Shown here in pieces: positions 9,300 through 18,624 of a stretch of DNA of 64,000 nt. The stretch is from a virus. Within the stretch, counting starts at the first letter, position 1. Each line of letters starts with the position of its first letter. Under the pieces are notes generated by a model. It searched no databases, was not told the origin of the DNA, and saw nothing but the letters and a program-made list of their open reading frames with translations. The stretch spans positions 32,001-96,000 of IMG/VR virus record IMGVR_UViG_3300027280_000002, one strand, 5' to 3'. A program made the translations under genes and the position numbers.

Positions 9300-9532
9300 A
9301 TTTCCATTTTATTTAAGATTAATGCTTCTATTTCTTCTATAGTCTCATAATGTAGAATACCAATGATATCTTGATCTCCACATAATATTATATGTGACTC
9401 AAACTCTGCAGGTGCTCCTGGGTAACCACTACCATCAGATGATACGTAAGTTATTTCTGATTCACCTGGACTGTAATAACCAGTAACAGTAAGTGCTACT
9501 TCTAAGTATTTTATATCTATACTAATTTTCAT
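9296..9532 (-). CDS. Hypothetical protein, 78 aa
   Basis: ORF track. Confidence 0.7.
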   Translation of the reverse strand: MKISIDIKYLEVALTVTGYYSPGESEITYVSSDGSGYPGAPAEFESHIILCGDQDIIGILHYETIEEIEALILNKMEI

Positions 9533-9534
9533 AA

Positions 9535-9711
9535 TTATTTATCTTTAATTTCTACATACTTTCCTTCAACCTTATCAATGCTATAAACATCAAGATATCT
9601 ATAAAGAGTTCGCTCAGTTATTTCTAACTTTTTAGCAGCATTAGCTTTATGTCCATCACATCTGTTCATAGCTTTGATAATAAGTATTATGTGTGCTTCT
9701 CTAATCGTCAT
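9535..9711 (-). CDS. Fis-type helix-turn-helix protein, 58 aa
   Basis: Not in track. MTIREAHIILIIKAMNRCDGHKANAAKKLEITERTLYRYL matches the Fis/NtrC C-terminal HTH pattern. Confidence 0.8.
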   Translation of the reverse strand: MTIREAHIILIIKAMNRCDGHKANAAKKLEITERTLYRYLDVYSIDKVEGKYVEIKDK

Positions 9712-10030
9712 TCATCAACTCTTCTAGCTCATCTATTGCCTCTTCTACAAAAACACTGTCCATATCATCTACATAGATAGTTACTGGTTTTTTAGATTTT
9801 GCACTGTCTTCAAAGTTGTACCTAATAAATTCTACCAAAGCATCACTTAAATCGCTATCATAGTAATTGACATTTTCATTTACGTGAATGTTATTAATGT
9901 CACTTGTAGCTATATACACTGAATAGCCATCAGCTGTTGATTCTTCGTAAATGTAATAAGCGTGACTATTTGCCCACTCATCTGATATTGTAAACTTAAA
10001 ATGTTTCTGTACTGCTTCTAGATTTTTCAT
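9701..10030 (-). CDS. Hypothetical protein, 109 aa
   Basis: ORF track. Confidence 0.7.
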   Translation of the reverse strand: MKNLEAVQKHFKFTISDEWANSHAYYIYEESTADGYSVYIATSDINNIHVNENVNYYDSDLSDALVEFIRYNFEDSAKSKKPVTIYVDDMDSVFVEEAIDELEELMNDD

Positions 10031-10035
10031 GTTTT

Positions 10036-10194
10036 TTATTTTATTAGTTGTGTTATAATTAGTGACATTCCTATAATTGCTATCACTATTAGTACTATAA
10101 ATTTACAGATTTCTTCTGTCTTTTGTTTACGTGCTTCAGACTCTTTTAGAGCCTTAACGTAATCTATTTTAAAATCTTTGTTCTTTTTTTTCAT
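10036..10194 (-). CDS. Small protein with C-terminal TM helix, 52 aa
   Basis: Manual: MKKKNKDF...FIVLIVIAIIGMSLIITQLIK. Confidence 0.6.
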   Translation of the reverse strand: MKKKNKDFKIDYVKALKESEARKQKTEEICKFIVLIVIAIIGMSLIITQLIK

Positions 10195-10195
10195 A

Positions 10196-10342
10196 TCAAT
10201 ATCCTATTTGTTCTAGAGCTTCATCTTTAGCTTCCACTGTGTAAATGGTGTTAGCAATGTTGCACATGAATAACACTCCATATAGGAATGCAACTTTTCT
10301 AAATCTGTAAAACTCTACTGGTGTTAGTTTAATCTTTCTCAT
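10196..10342 (-). CDS. Hypothetical protein, 48 aa
   Basis: Manual: MRKIKLTPVEFYRFRK...EALEQIGY; fills the gap. Confidence 0.6.
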   Translation of the reverse strand: MRKIKLTPVEFYRFRKVAFLYGVLFMCNIANTIYTVEAKDEALEQIGY

Positions 10343-10352
10343 TTTGTATTTA

Positions 10353-10541
10353 TTAATGGTTTAACTTATTTATTACTTCTATCCACTTATCACCTTGAGC
10401 AACTACTTGCTCATTATTAATGTCAAAGACATACCATCTATCAAAGACTTTAACCTTTGCTAATTGTACATCTATTTTTCTACTCTTCAATCTAAATCTT
10501 CCTTTGTTAGGTATAGTAACCCAACGCTTCTTATCATTCAT
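10353..10541 (-). CDS. Hypothetical protein, 62 aa
   Basis: ORF track. Confidence 0.65.
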   Translation of the reverse strand: MNDKKRWVTIPNKGRFRLKSRKIDVQLAKVKVFDRWYVFDINNEQVVAQGDKWIEVINKLNH

Positions 10542-10708
10542 TCTTTACTCTCTTTCAGAGCATCTTCAAGTCTTTGAAGTCTAAGTTTCTTTTCTTCTTG
10601 CCATTCCTCATAGCATTGTTGACATGTATGTACCTCATCACAGGTACAAGTTAGCTCAGGAGATATCTTATAGAGCTCCCAAGCAAATTGTGCATCTTCA
10701 AAAAACAT
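10538..10708 (-). CDS. Small Cys-containing protein, 56 aa (CTC-x5-CQQC)
   Basis: Manual translation; ATGA overlap with downstream ORF. Confidence 0.6.
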   Translation of the reverse strand: MFFEDAQFAWELYKISPELTCTCDEVHTCQQCYEEWQEEKKLRLQRLEDALKESKE

Positions 10709-11164
10709 AACCTAAACTATTTCTTTGACTTCAAATTCTTTTCCTTCTGAGTTGAATCTCTGAGAAAGGGCTTGCTTCATTATATAAGCTTGTCCACGAT
10801 TAGTGAAAATACCCCATTTAGTATTATCAGATCCTTGGACGTAATGTGTATATTCAAACATAATCTTATTAGTACAATGCTCTTCAGCTTTAGAGCTCCC
10901 TAACTTAATATAAGCATAGAGAGAAAGTTATTAGGAGATAGTATAAGAATAGCATGTTAATGCTATATATATATTATAGGTGATGATTTGTATCACCGTG
11001 ATAAATGTGGCAAATAGTATGGAGTGTGTACACTACCTCTCTTACATTCACACAAAACATATAGTTTTTGTTGTATAAGTAAGGCCCACACCTAAAGAAA
11101 GGCATCTTTCCCACCCTATATATAAAGAAGAGAGGTGTTACGCTCTCCTCTTTAAGGGTTTTGC

Positions 11165-11614
11165 TTAGAAAGCAAAGAGTTCATCAGACTCCAACGGTGC
11201 TGCGTACTCAACAACTTTCACGTCCTTAGCTTTAATCTCAATCACATTCTCTTCACCATCTGGCATTTGGATTTGCGCAACTGGCACAAACAACTGCTCC
11301 CCAGTTTCCTCATCAAACATTTGCTCACCGTTAGCATCACGCTGAAAAGCTTTTGACTCAAAGATGTCAAAAGACATTAAGTTACCAATGTTAATCGACT
11401 TGTCACGCACACCTGCACTAACTTCCTTGGAACAAGTAACATTTGCTTCCAGTCCTTTTTCATTAACAAGAGTAACGTAAACACGCTTAGTTCCTTTTAA
11501 GTTCTTCTTGATGAACTTAATAGAACCGTTAGGTCCGATTGTTTCTGCAACATTTCCAATTACTACTCTTTCTACTGTGGTACGTGTACCAAACTTGATT
11601 AATTCACTACTCAT
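11165..11614 (-). CDS. Hypothetical protein, 149 aa; first gene of the leftward arm
   Basis: ORF track; beta-rich with acidic tail ending ELFAF. Confidence 0.8.
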   Translation of the reverse strand: MSSELIKFGTRTTVERVVIGNVAETIGPNGSIKFIKKNLKGTKRVYVTLVNEKGLEANVTCSKEVSAGVRDKSINIGNLMSFDIFESKAFQRDANGEQMFDEETGEQLFVPVAQIQMPDGEENVIEIKAKDVKVVEYAAPLESDELFAF

Positions 11615-11761
11615 AATCTTAGGTATTTAAATTTTTCGCATGTTCTATCAAAGGGGGGATACCCCCACCACGCTTTTTTTATGTGGGGTTTCAATAGGAA
11701 GGGGTCTCCTGTCGCACACATAAGGTGGGTGGGGCGTTTTTTAAAAAAAGTTTTTTGAAAA

Positions 11762-11794
11762 TTTGGTAGTTAACCAAAAAATGTCATACCTTTG
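11762..11794 (+). promoter_or_regulatory. Bacteroidota-type promoter for the rightward arm
   Basis: TTTG-N21-TACCTTTG; a second -7 box TATATTTG at 11918-11925. Confidence 0.65.
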
Positions 11795-11955
11795 GTGGGT
11801 GGGTGGGTTATTAATAAACCTCTTATTTAGGTTCTTAGTAACTACTATATTATGAATGCTTATACATAATATAGCTTTTATAGAAAGATAATTAGGATAA
11901 GTCAATTATATTTTTTATATATTTGCATATAGTATAAAGACAATACAACTAAATA

Positions 11956-12396
11956 ATGGAAGCACATAAATCAAAAGTAGTACAAAAGCTAGGAAAAGAG
12001 TATGATGACAAGTATAATCTTGCTCAAAAGTACTATGCATTACTATCAGCTTTAAACAATTTGAAACTTACAGAAAGAGAGTTACAACTTGTATCTTATA
12101 CAGCAATCAAGGGTACAATTACTTATGCTAACGCACGTGCAGAGTTTTGTGAAATGTACAACACTACAACAGCCACTATAAACAACATAGTGAGTAAGCT
12201 AAAAAGAATGGGCATATTTATAAAAAAAGATGGAAAGATTAAAGTAAACCCTGTAATAGTTTTAGACTTTGATAAAAACATAACTCTACTGATAAAACTA
12301 AATCATGAAGAAGATAGACAAAACACGGACATCCTTGAGGCAACACATAATCAAGAAGATGGCAATAGGGATGGTGATCTCAGAGAAAGTAATTGA
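11956..12396 (+). CDS. Winged-helix DNA-binding protein
   Basis: LTERELQLV...TTATINNIVSKLKRMGIFIKKDGKIKVNP. Confidence 0.7.
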   Translation: MEAHKSKVVQKLGKEYDDKYNLAQKYYALLSALNNLKLTERELQLVSYTAIKGTITYANARAEFCEMYNTTTATINNIVSKLKRMGIFIKKDGKIKVNPVIVLDFDKNITLLIKLNHEEDRQNTDILEATHNQEDGNRDGDLRESN

Positions 12397-12664
12397 TAGA
12401 GTGATAACACATCAGTTCAATTCCGCTGAAGACGCCACTAGAGATAAGAACAGTATCGAAATATCAGGGTTTGGAAAATTTGTTTTTAATCTAGCAAAAG
12501 CAAATAAAAAAATCGAAAAGCTTGAGATTGTTAAAGAGTCGTATATACGAATGCTAGCCGAAAACACATTGCCAGAAAAGAAACTGGATGTGATCAAGAG
12601 TAAACTAAGTAATCTAAATTTAACATTAAGTTCTATAAAACCAAAAGTACAAGATGAAACTTAA
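12305..12664 (+). CDS. HU/IHF-like DNA-binding protein
   Basis: SIEISGFGKFVF motif after a helical N-terminus; typical of crAss-like late regions. Confidence 0.7.
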   Translation: MKKIDKTRTSLRQHIIKKMAIGMVISEKVIDRVITHQFNSAEDATRDKNSIEISGFGKFVFNLAKANKKIEKLEIVKESYIRMLAENTLPEKKLDVIKSKLSNLNLTLSSIKPKVQDET

Positions 12665-12944
12665 CATATCACAAATTTACGAAGGGTGGAAAAACAATTT
12701 ACTTCCTGCTTCAGACATGAAAGAAGAGATTGAAAGAATAAGTAAGGAAAGGTTAGATATATGTAAAAGTTGTCCTAATCATTCTAGTAATCATAAAACA
12801 GTGAGGCCAGATGAACATTGTGTTAGTTGCGGATGTACTTTGTCAGCTAAAACAAAATGCTTATCTTGCGAATGTCCTATTTTTAAATGGGTAGCTGTAT
12901 TATCAGATGAACAACAAGATGTAATAGAAGATAAAAAGCTATGA
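12654..12944 (+). CDS. Cys-rich metal-binding protein, 96 aa
   Basis: ERLDICKSCP...CVSCGC...KTKCLSCECPIFKW. Confidence 0.7.
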   Translation: MKLNISQIYEGWKNNLLPASDMKEEIERISKERLDICKSCPNHSSNHKTVRPDEHCVSCGCTLSAKTKCLSCECPIFKWVAVLSDEQQDVIEDKKL

Positions 12945-13216
12945 GTAAAAAAGACAAAATGACAATGCGTAAGGTTTCTCTCATATCATTAATAGATTTA
13001 CTAAAACAAATCTATGATGAAGGAGCTGATTACATAGACATAGAAGGAGAGCAAACTGACGGTGAAGAAGATATGTTAAAGATTACAGTTAGACCTGAAT
13101 ACTTTACAGAAATCGAAAGTAATGAAGATGATCCAGATTATGTTGTAACAGAAATGGATTATGAGGAAGAGATCAACCCTATAAAAGAGGATGATGATAT
13201 AAACGATTTAATATAA
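12941..13216 (+). CDS. Acidic hypothetical protein, 91 aa
   Basis: ORF track. Confidence 0.7.
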   Translation: MSKKDKMTMRKVSLISLIDLLKQIYDEGADYIDIEGEQTDGEEDMLKITVRPEYFTEIESNEDDPDYVVTEMDYEEEINPIKEDDDINDLI

Positions 13217-13220
13217 ACCA

Positions 13221-13478
13221 ATGTACATAAAGCAAATTATAGAAACCATAAACTTACTAAAGGTGAATCACCCTAAGATTAGTATAGGAAAACATATTGC
13301 TACAGCTCTTGATGGAGAAAATATATGGAGCTTAACAGATAAAGAATTTGCTTCATTACTTGATGATTATCAATCTCAATTAGATGCAGTGGAAGTGTTC
13401 GATGAAAACTTTGACGTAGATAAAATAATTGAAGATAGTATGGATTTGACTATAGATGGTCCAGATGAGCTGTACTAA
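13221..13478 (+). CDS. Hypothetical protein, 85 aa
   Basis: ORF track. Confidence 0.7.
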   Translation: MYIKQIIETINLLKVNHPKISIGKHIATALDGENIWSLTDKEFASLLDDYQSQLDAVEVFDENFDVDKIIEDSMDLTIDGPDELY

Positions 13479-13531
13479 TAACAATGATCTAGTCTTTATA
13501 TATTGGGAAGACGGATGGAATCAAGAAGAAA

Positions 13532-13864
13532 ATGGCAGTAAAACAAACTACATACATAAATGCAGAATTAGACTGGGCTGAAGGACAATTAGTCCAATGG
13601 AAAGCTTATGTTGATGCAAACCCATTACCTACTCTTAAGGATAGAATAGAATTTAAACAAACCGCAAACGGTGGTAGCATTCCTATGGTTGTAGCTTCTA
13701 TTGAAGCACAAGGTAAGTTTATTCAAGACACAATGAAAAACTATTTAGCCCTACTAGGTCAAGTTGATTCGTTACGTGAAAAAGAAGAAAAGAAAAAAGT
13801 AGAAACTAGAGGTGGAGCAACATTAGGTAGTATGGCTGAAGACTTTCTAAAACAAAGAGATTAA
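13532..13864 (+). CDS. Hypothetical protein, candidate small terminase subunit
   Basis: Helical 110-aa protein immediately upstream of terL; function inferred from position only. Confidence 0.5.
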   Translation: MAVKQTTYINAELDWAEGQLVQWKAYVDANPLPTLKDRIEFKQTANGGSIPMVVASIEAQGKFIQDTMKNYLALLGQVDSLREKEEKKKVETRGGATLGSMAEDFLKQRD

Positions 13865-13866
13865 GT

Positions 13867-15888
13867 ATGAAACTTCATAATATTCAACATAGTGAATGGT
13901 TCATTAATCAAAAACGTATTCCAGATAAAGACTCAGTAGACCATAAAGCTTTCTTTGATCTTCAAAAAGAGCTATGTATGAATGGGTGCATGATGAATGG
14001 GGTGTATATAAATCCATTTTTGTACTGGCACTTAAATGTTTGGCACACAGAAGTAGATACTATAGATGACTATGGTAGAATTAATCAGAAGTATGCAAAC
14101 CCATTACTTAGAGATAACGAATGGCTTGTAACTAATGAGATAGATAGAGCACATAAAGAAAAGAAAGGACTGGTAATACTAGGAATCAGACGTTTTGCAA
14201 AGTCTGTTATAGAAGCTAGTTACATTGGACATGGTGCAACCTTTGATGAGAATTCACAAAACATTATAGCAGGTTTGAATGCGCCTGATATAAAACTAAT
14301 TACAGATAAGATAGATAAAGGATTAAACTTTCTTCCTAAAGAGTGGAGATGGCAGAGAGTAGAAGATAACTGGAAAAATCAAGTTACACTAGGTATAAAA
14401 ACTAAAGGTGGAACAAGAATTCCATTCTCACAAATCCTTATACGTAACTTAGACGGAGGTAATAACGAAGAAGCTATTGCAGGTACAAAACCTAGAAGAC
14501 TTATTATCGATGAGATAGGTAAGGGTAGTTTTCTACGTGGACTACAAGCTGCAATTCCAGGATTCACAACACCTTTTGGTTGGGGATGTTCACCTATATT
14601 AACAGGTACAGGTGGTGACATGAAAATGTTTATGGATGCAAAAAGTTTAATGTTTGACGTAGATAATTTTAATTTTCTTACGTACAACAATGCAAAAGAT
14701 GATAAGCGTATTCACGGTTTGTTCATCTCTAATAAGTATAGAATGGAAGCCAAGGAAGAATCTTCTCTTGGTAAGTTTTTAGAAAAAGAAAAAACTTCTC
14801 CACTACATGAGGTACCTATGATGGTATCGAATCAAGAGTTAGCTGACAAGGTGACTAATGATAACTTAGAAAGATTAAAAAAAGCTGGTGATAGAGTTGC
14901 CTTCTTAAAAGAAAAGATGTACTACCCTCAAGAGGTAGATGACATATTCTTAAATGAGGATACAAACATCTTTGACATAGAAGCTGCTAAGAGGCAGAAG
15001 TATAGAATTAATGAACAAGAAAGAACAGGAGTGCCGGTAATATTGTACGATGATGGAGAAGGTGTAAAGCATGATTTTACTGATAAGTTACCAATAACTA
15101 ATTTTCCATTAAAACAAACAGATCTAAAGGATGCACCTGTTGTTATATATGAATTTCCTATAGAAAATCCTCCATATGGTTTATATGTTGCAGGTATTGA
15201 CCCTTATAGACAAGGTAAATCAGCATATAGTACATCGTTAGGTTCTATATACATATATAAACGTATGCATGCCATAGCTGGTGAGAAGTACCAAGATATG
15301 TTTGTTGCAAGCTATTGTGCTCGTCCTGAAAAGAAAGAAACATGGGATGAACAAGCTAGGTTGCTAATTAAGTATTTTAATGCAAGAGCCTTGTGTGAAA
15401 ATGATGAAATATCTTTTATTGACTATATGATTAGTAAAGGAGATGCTCATTATTTAGAAAGACAACCGGAATGGTTAAAAGAAATAGTACCAAACACTAC
15501 GGTTAGGCGTGATTATGGTATACATAGATCTTCAGAAAAAGTAAGGGACTTCCTGCACGGATGTCTTAAGAAATATACGGAAGATGTTATACATACTGAA
15601 CTTGATGATGAAGGGGAAGTAATCTCATCAGTAAAAGGTATGTCTAAAATATTAGATCCTGTATTACTAGAAGAGATGATACAATATAATGAGACTGGTA
15701 ACTTTGATAGAATTATTGCAGCTGAGTTAGCAATAGGATTAGCAATGAAACTAGATCCAATGATAGGTAGGGTTGGGGCAAAGGAAGATGAGAGAATAAC
15801 CTCACTTTACAAAACAAATAAAAAAAATATTCTTTTTACCGAGTCACGAGGGCTTTTTGGAAGGAAAAAAAATAAACTTTTTTCATAA
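13867..15888 (+). CDS. terL: Terminase large subunit
   Basis: RRFAKS Walker A-like, LIIDEIG Walker B, TGTGG, nuclease YVAGIDP and GNFDRIIA. Confidence 0.92.
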   Translation: MKLHNIQHSEWFINQKRIPDKDSVDHKAFFDLQKELCMNGCMMNGVYINPFLYWHLNVWHTEVDTIDDYGRINQKYANPLLRDNEWLVTNEIDRAHKEKKGLVILGIRRFAKSVIEASYIGHGATFDENSQNIIAGLNAPDIKLITDKIDKGLNFLPKEWRWQRVEDNWKNQVTLGIKTKGGTRIPFSQILIRNLDGGNNEEAIAGTKPRRLIIDEIGKGSFLRGLQAAIPGFTTPFGWGCSPILTGTGGDMKMFMDAKSLMFDVDNFNFLTYNNAKDDKRIHGLFISNKYRMEAKEESSLGKFLEKEKTSPLHEVPMMVSNQELADKVTNDNLERLKKAGDRVAFLKEKMYYPQEVDDIFLNEDTNIFDIEAAKRQKYRINEQERTGVPVILYDDGEGVKHDFTDKLPITNFPLKQTDLKDAPVVIYEFPIENPPYGLYVAGIDPYRQGKSAYSTSLGSIYIYKRMHAIAGEKYQDMFVASYCARPEKKETWDEQARLLIKYFNARALCENDEISFIDYMISKGDAHYLERQPEWLKEIVPNTTVRRDYGIHRSSEKVRDFLHGCLKKYTEDVIHTELDDEGEVISSVKGMSKILDPVLLEEMIQYNETGNFDRIIAAELAIGLAMKLDPMIGRVGAKEDERITSLYKTNKKNILFTESRGLFGRKKNKLFS

Positions 15889-18464
15889 TGGCAATTATAA
15901 GATATACAAAAGATGCATCTATAAGGTATGCGTACCTTAACATCTTTCCTGATCAGTTTAAAACTGAAAAACAAAAAAAAGATGATAGTTGGGTTAAAAA
16001 CACTATGGATTACTTTGCAAATCAATCATATGCAATGTATGTTAGAAATAGAGACACCTTTGTAAAGAACTATGATTTAATGAAAGGTGTTCTCCGTAGA
16101 GAAGACTTTTATCAAGAACCAGAAGTAAGAAGTTTCACTGATCAACTTACTACAGATATAGATTTACCAGCATACGTTAAAATGTATTCTATAGTAACTA
16201 CACCTGTTAACGAATTAGTCGGAGAGATATCTAAACGTCCAGACTCATTTAGAGTTAAGGCTTTTGATGATGATAGTCAAGCAGAAGAGTTACAATTTAA
16301 AACAGACACATTACAGAAATATGTAATAACTAAAGTAAAAGAACAAGTAGTGGCAAAAGCTGCTATGGCTGGTGAAGAAATATCAGAAGAAGATATTGAA
16401 AAGATAACCTTTGAACAAGTTAAGGATCAATTAGATAGTTATACATCTGTTGCAGAAAAATGGGCTAATCATGTATTAACTGCTCAAAAAGCAGATTTTA
16501 ACATTAAAGAAAAGTCAGAAGAAGCATTTAGAGATCTTCTTATATCTGCAAGACAGTTCTATCATATCTATGAAGACAATTCTAGATTAGGATATAACAT
16601 TGAGGTTTGTAACCCTAAGAACACTTGGTTCTTAACTACTCCTGATAAGAAATATATATCTGACCCTACAGGAAGAAAACAGGGAGCTTATGCTGCTGGT
16701 ACTGTACAAGTTATGGAACTTTCAGAAATAATTGAAGCTATTCCAGAATTAACAAAAGAAGAAATAGATCACTTAAGAACTTCACTACAGGATTACGGAT
16801 TAATAAATGCTAGAGAATCTAATTTAGATAATCCTGGTGTAACTCCAGGTAATGATTCTATTACATACGACACGTATGATCCATTGGTTTTACAAACACG
16901 TATGATTATTGAATCAGAAATGAAAGAGAACGATGATGGTTTAAGAGACTTTCTTGGATTAACGAACAATGTATCTTCTTTTGGATATAAGTATGTTGTA
17001 ATAAGGTCTTATTGGGTTTCTAAAAAGAAGATAGGTAAGTTAATATATATAGATGAGTTAGGTAACGAACAGTCTGTGCTAGTAGATGAAGACTATAAGT
17101 CAGGAACAATGCCTACACAACAGTCATTAGAGTGGGGTTGGATTAATCAATGGTATCAAGGAATTAAAATTGGTCCAGACATCTATCATGTTAGACCTTA
17201 TAAGCTTTTAGATTACTGCCCAATCATTGGTACAGTTTATGAGCAAAAGAACACAGAGGCAAAATCATTAGTAGATTTAATGAAACCTTTCCAAACTATA
17301 TATAATGTTTGTATGAATCAATTATACAAATTATTAGAGAAGGAAGTTGGTAAGGTACAATTAATGTCACTAAGACATATCCCAGTTCCTAAAGACGGAG
17401 ATGCACAAGATGCTATTGACATCTGGGAAATGGAAGCACGTAATAGAGGAGTGGTATTTGTAGATGATAGTCCAGAGAATTTAAAAGCTCCAAGTTCATT
17501 TAATCAATTTAGTTCATTAGATCTTACACGTACACAAGAAATACAATCACGATATACCTTAGCTCAGCAAATGAAGATTGAATGTTGGGAACTTATAGGT
17601 ATGTCTAAACAGCGTATGGGTACTGTAGCTGCATCAGAAACAGCCACAGGTACAAATACAGCAATGCAACAAAGCTACTCTCAAACAGAGCCTCTATTTG
17701 TTGCACATGAATATGTTCAAGGGCAGTTATATCAAGCAATTGTAGATGCTGCTTTATATACTGAAAGCCATAAACCACAATCTACATTATCATACATAAC
17801 TAATGAAGGAGAATCTGCATTTGTACAAGTAAATGGAAGTGACCTATCGTTACGTGACCTTCAGGTATTTTTAACTAATAGACCAGAAGACACTCAAATG
17901 TTTAATGAACTTAGACAATTGTCTCAAGCTATTATACAAAATGGTGGTACATTATATGATGTAATTGAATTATATAGTACTAAATCAATGAGAGAAATGA
18001 AAAAGACTTTCAAAGATCTTAGAGATAAACAAGAACAGCAACAACAAAAACAGATTCAACTTCAAGAACAACAACAGCAAGCTCAGCAGCAACAAGCTCA
18101 AGCAGCCCTAGAACAAGCTGAAAGAATGAAGATGGAAGAACAAGTTAACGAAGATAGACAGAATGATCTGGACAGAGTTAATAAAAAAGAAGTTGCTCTT
18201 ATTAATGCTATGGCTAAAGGAACAGAAGTTGGGGCAGATATGGATAATTCAGGTGCCCCTGATATTGTAGAACTTTCTAAATTAGAAGCTGAGACTAATA
18301 AAGCTAATAAAGAATATAAAGGAAAGATGGCAGAAATTGATAATAGAAATTCTTTAGCACAACAAAAGTTACAATTGGAAAGAGATAAAATAAAATTAGC
18401 TCGTGAAAATCAGGCTAATGATCTAGCTGTAGCAAAACAAAACGCAAAAGGTCGAAATAAATAA
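15888..18464 (+). CDS. Portal protein
   Basis: 858 aa directly after terL; helical, ETATG motif, Gln-rich coiled C-terminus; crAss-like gene order. Confidence 0.85.
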   Translation: MAIIRYTKDASIRYAYLNIFPDQFKTEKQKKDDSWVKNTMDYFANQSYAMYVRNRDTFVKNYDLMKGVLRREDFYQEPEVRSFTDQLTTDIDLPAYVKMYSIVTTPVNELVGEISKRPDSFRVKAFDDDSQAEELQFKTDTLQKYVITKVKEQVVAKAAMAGEEISEEDIEKITFEQVKDQLDSYTSVAEKWANHVLTAQKADFNIKEKSEEAFRDLLISARQFYHIYEDNSRLGYNIEVCNPKNTWFLTTPDKKYISDPTGRKQGAYAAGTVQVMELSEIIEAIPELTKEEIDHLRTSLQDYGLINARESNLDNPGVTPGNDSITYDTYDPLVLQTRMIIESEMKENDDGLRDFLGLTNNVSSFGYKYVVIRSYWVSKKKIGKLIYIDELGNEQSVLVDEDYKSGTMPTQQSLEWGWINQWYQGIKIGPDIYHVRPYKLLDYCPIIGTVYEQKNTEAKSLVDLMKPFQTIYNVCMNQLYKLLEKEVGKVQLMSLRHIPVPKDGDAQDAIDIWEMEARNRGVVFVDDSPENLKAPSSFNQFSSLDLTRTQEIQSRYTLAQQMKIECWELIGMSKQRMGTVAASETATGTNTAMQQSYSQTEPLFVAHEYVQGQLYQAIVDAALYTESHKPQSTLSYITNEGESAFVQVNGSDLSLRDLQVFLTNRPEDTQMFNELRQLSQAIIQNGGTLYDVIELYSTKSMREMKKTFKDLRDKQEQQQQKQIQLQEQQQQAQQQQAQAALEQAERMKMEEQVNEDRQNDLDRVNKKEVALINAMAKGTEVGADMDNSGAPDIVELSKLEAETNKANKEYKGKMAEIDNRNSLAQQKLQLERDKIKLARENQANDLAVAKQNAKGRNK

Positions 18465-18545
18465 GTAAATAATTACATTCATTATAGCACGAAAATAGTT
18501 AATGCTATATTATCTCGAATATTTATAAAAATACATAAATAAAGT

Positions 18546-18576
18546 TTTGTAAATCAATATGACTGAATTAACTTTA
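18546..18576 (+). promoter_or_regulatory. Bacteroidota-like promoter for the capsid operon
   Basis: TTTG-N19-TAACTTTA (one mismatch to TAnnTTTG). Confidence 0.55.
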
Positions 18577-18624
18577 CAGTCATACAAGTAAAAAACCAAG
18601 TTTTAATAAAAAAAATAACTACAT

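Noticed and set aside
10862-11160. tRNA or known ncRNA in the non-coding gap
   Set aside because: No cloverleaf or TTCGA T-loop seen; only short hairpins.
13465-13581. 38-aa ORF MSCTNNNDLVFIYWEDGW...
   Set aside because: Overlaps both neighbours; plausible but unsupported without homology evidence.
4411-15888. Inteins or group I introns in polB or terL
   Set aside because: Both are uninterrupted and of ordinary length, with no intein or homing-endonuclease motifs seen.
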